Assembly (NCBI RefSeq): GCF_001194135.2
Contig: NC_068985.1
Span: 22,927,031 to 22,960,269, forward strand
Reading direction: 5' to 3'
Source of the DNA: Octopus bimaculoides
Lineage: Eukaryota
Length of the DNA: 33,239 nt
The position numbers were made by a program, and so were the translations under genes. Within the stretch, counting starts at the first letter, position 1, and each line of letters starts with the position of its first letter. Positions 32,404 to 33,239 of this stretch are shown piece by piece. The notes beneath the pieces were generated by a model. It saw only the letters and a program-made list of their open reading frames with translations. It searched no databases and had not been told where the DNA came from.

Positions 32404-33239
32404 GCGACCATAATATTAGGAATCTAATGTGAGGAAGTAAGGTAAAATAATAAATAAAATAAAATAATAACATAATAGAAATAGCAAGGAATGGTGAAAA
32501 CATCAATTCCAAGGTGATAACTATAATCCATGGGATTACATCTTATGGTAAAGAAAGTCACATCCAGGAGTAATTTCCACAGGTTTTGAGAGTTACATCA
32601 TATTTCAATTTTACTGGGGGAAATAGCAAGGGTAAGACATTGTGGAGTGACTTTAATGGGATAGTCCACATCACAGGGGTCAAAAGACAGAGGCTAACTG
32701 CTATTTAATAGAGCATCATAAAAGGGATTGGCAAAGTTAACTTAATGTGAACATTGGCGAAATCAATAAATAAGTATATCGATGAAAGAAAATTTTGGGT
32801 AAAACCTTAGTGCAATGTTATTACTTGTTACTTATTAACAGAAATTTCTCCAATAATTTTTTGGATGACTACATAGCTTTCTGTATTGGCAGAGTGAATC
32901 CTCTATGTAGTCTTGCTGCAGTAATTAATACCATATTTGGTTGAGCCTGTGGCAGCAAAGACTTCTGTCATCCTTGGCCCCTACACCATATCTTTGCTCA
33001 TCACTATCGGAATAGAGATTGCTGTCCACAAGTGTGATCTCCATGGCTCAAGATGGCTGTTCCAGTGCACCTCACTCACCATCCTCTGGGGCAACCACCT
33101 TTTCCATTTTGTCTGCTGGGGCCATGAGGCAGTCTGACTTACAGGAAATTTCATGTTCCACTCTTTAAATACTTAGATCCATGCAATATATGTTTTCCCC
33201 TTCGTTCAAATCCCACCAGAATTGACTTTTATGGTTTGT

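Noticed and set aside
32878-33137. Acceptor-like site near 32896 and a 66-aa ORF as a possible next exon
   Set aside because: The required phase-1 reading hits TGA at once, and no kringle or other domain motif is present.

Overview
AT-rich, microsatellite-dense, gapped animal genomic DNA. The repeat families and simple-repeat load look like an octopod cephalopod; this is my inference from recognising the repeats, not a database result. A + strand multi-exon gene spans about 6157 to beyond 31320 and probably continues past the window. Its inferred exon order is: a signal-peptide exon, four symmetric (phase 0/0) 33-39 nt micro-exons encoding two cationic Cys-x10-Cys repeats, a linker exon, the second half of an SRCR domain, and three exons of a non-canonical C-type lectin domain. 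The introns and upstream region are filled with decayed mobile DNA: two Helitron pieces of one family (N-terminal RepHel in one, helicase C-terminus in the other), a rearranged RTE LINE plus several RTE 3' ends, a CR1/L2-group LINE 3' end, an R4/Dong-type RLE retroelement, a Penelope-like GIY-YIG fragment, several SINE families and MITE-like fold-backs. The main findings are the micro-exon Cys-repeat module on an SRCR/CTLD protein, four hammerhead-ribozyme-like motifs with palindromic stem III (one with an intact core and a very long stem II), and a 3' stem-loop module shared by a LINE and two non-coding repeat families. All exon joins are manual predictions without transcript data. Repeat boundaries are approximate. 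No CRISPR array, rRNA gene or true tRNA gene was seen.
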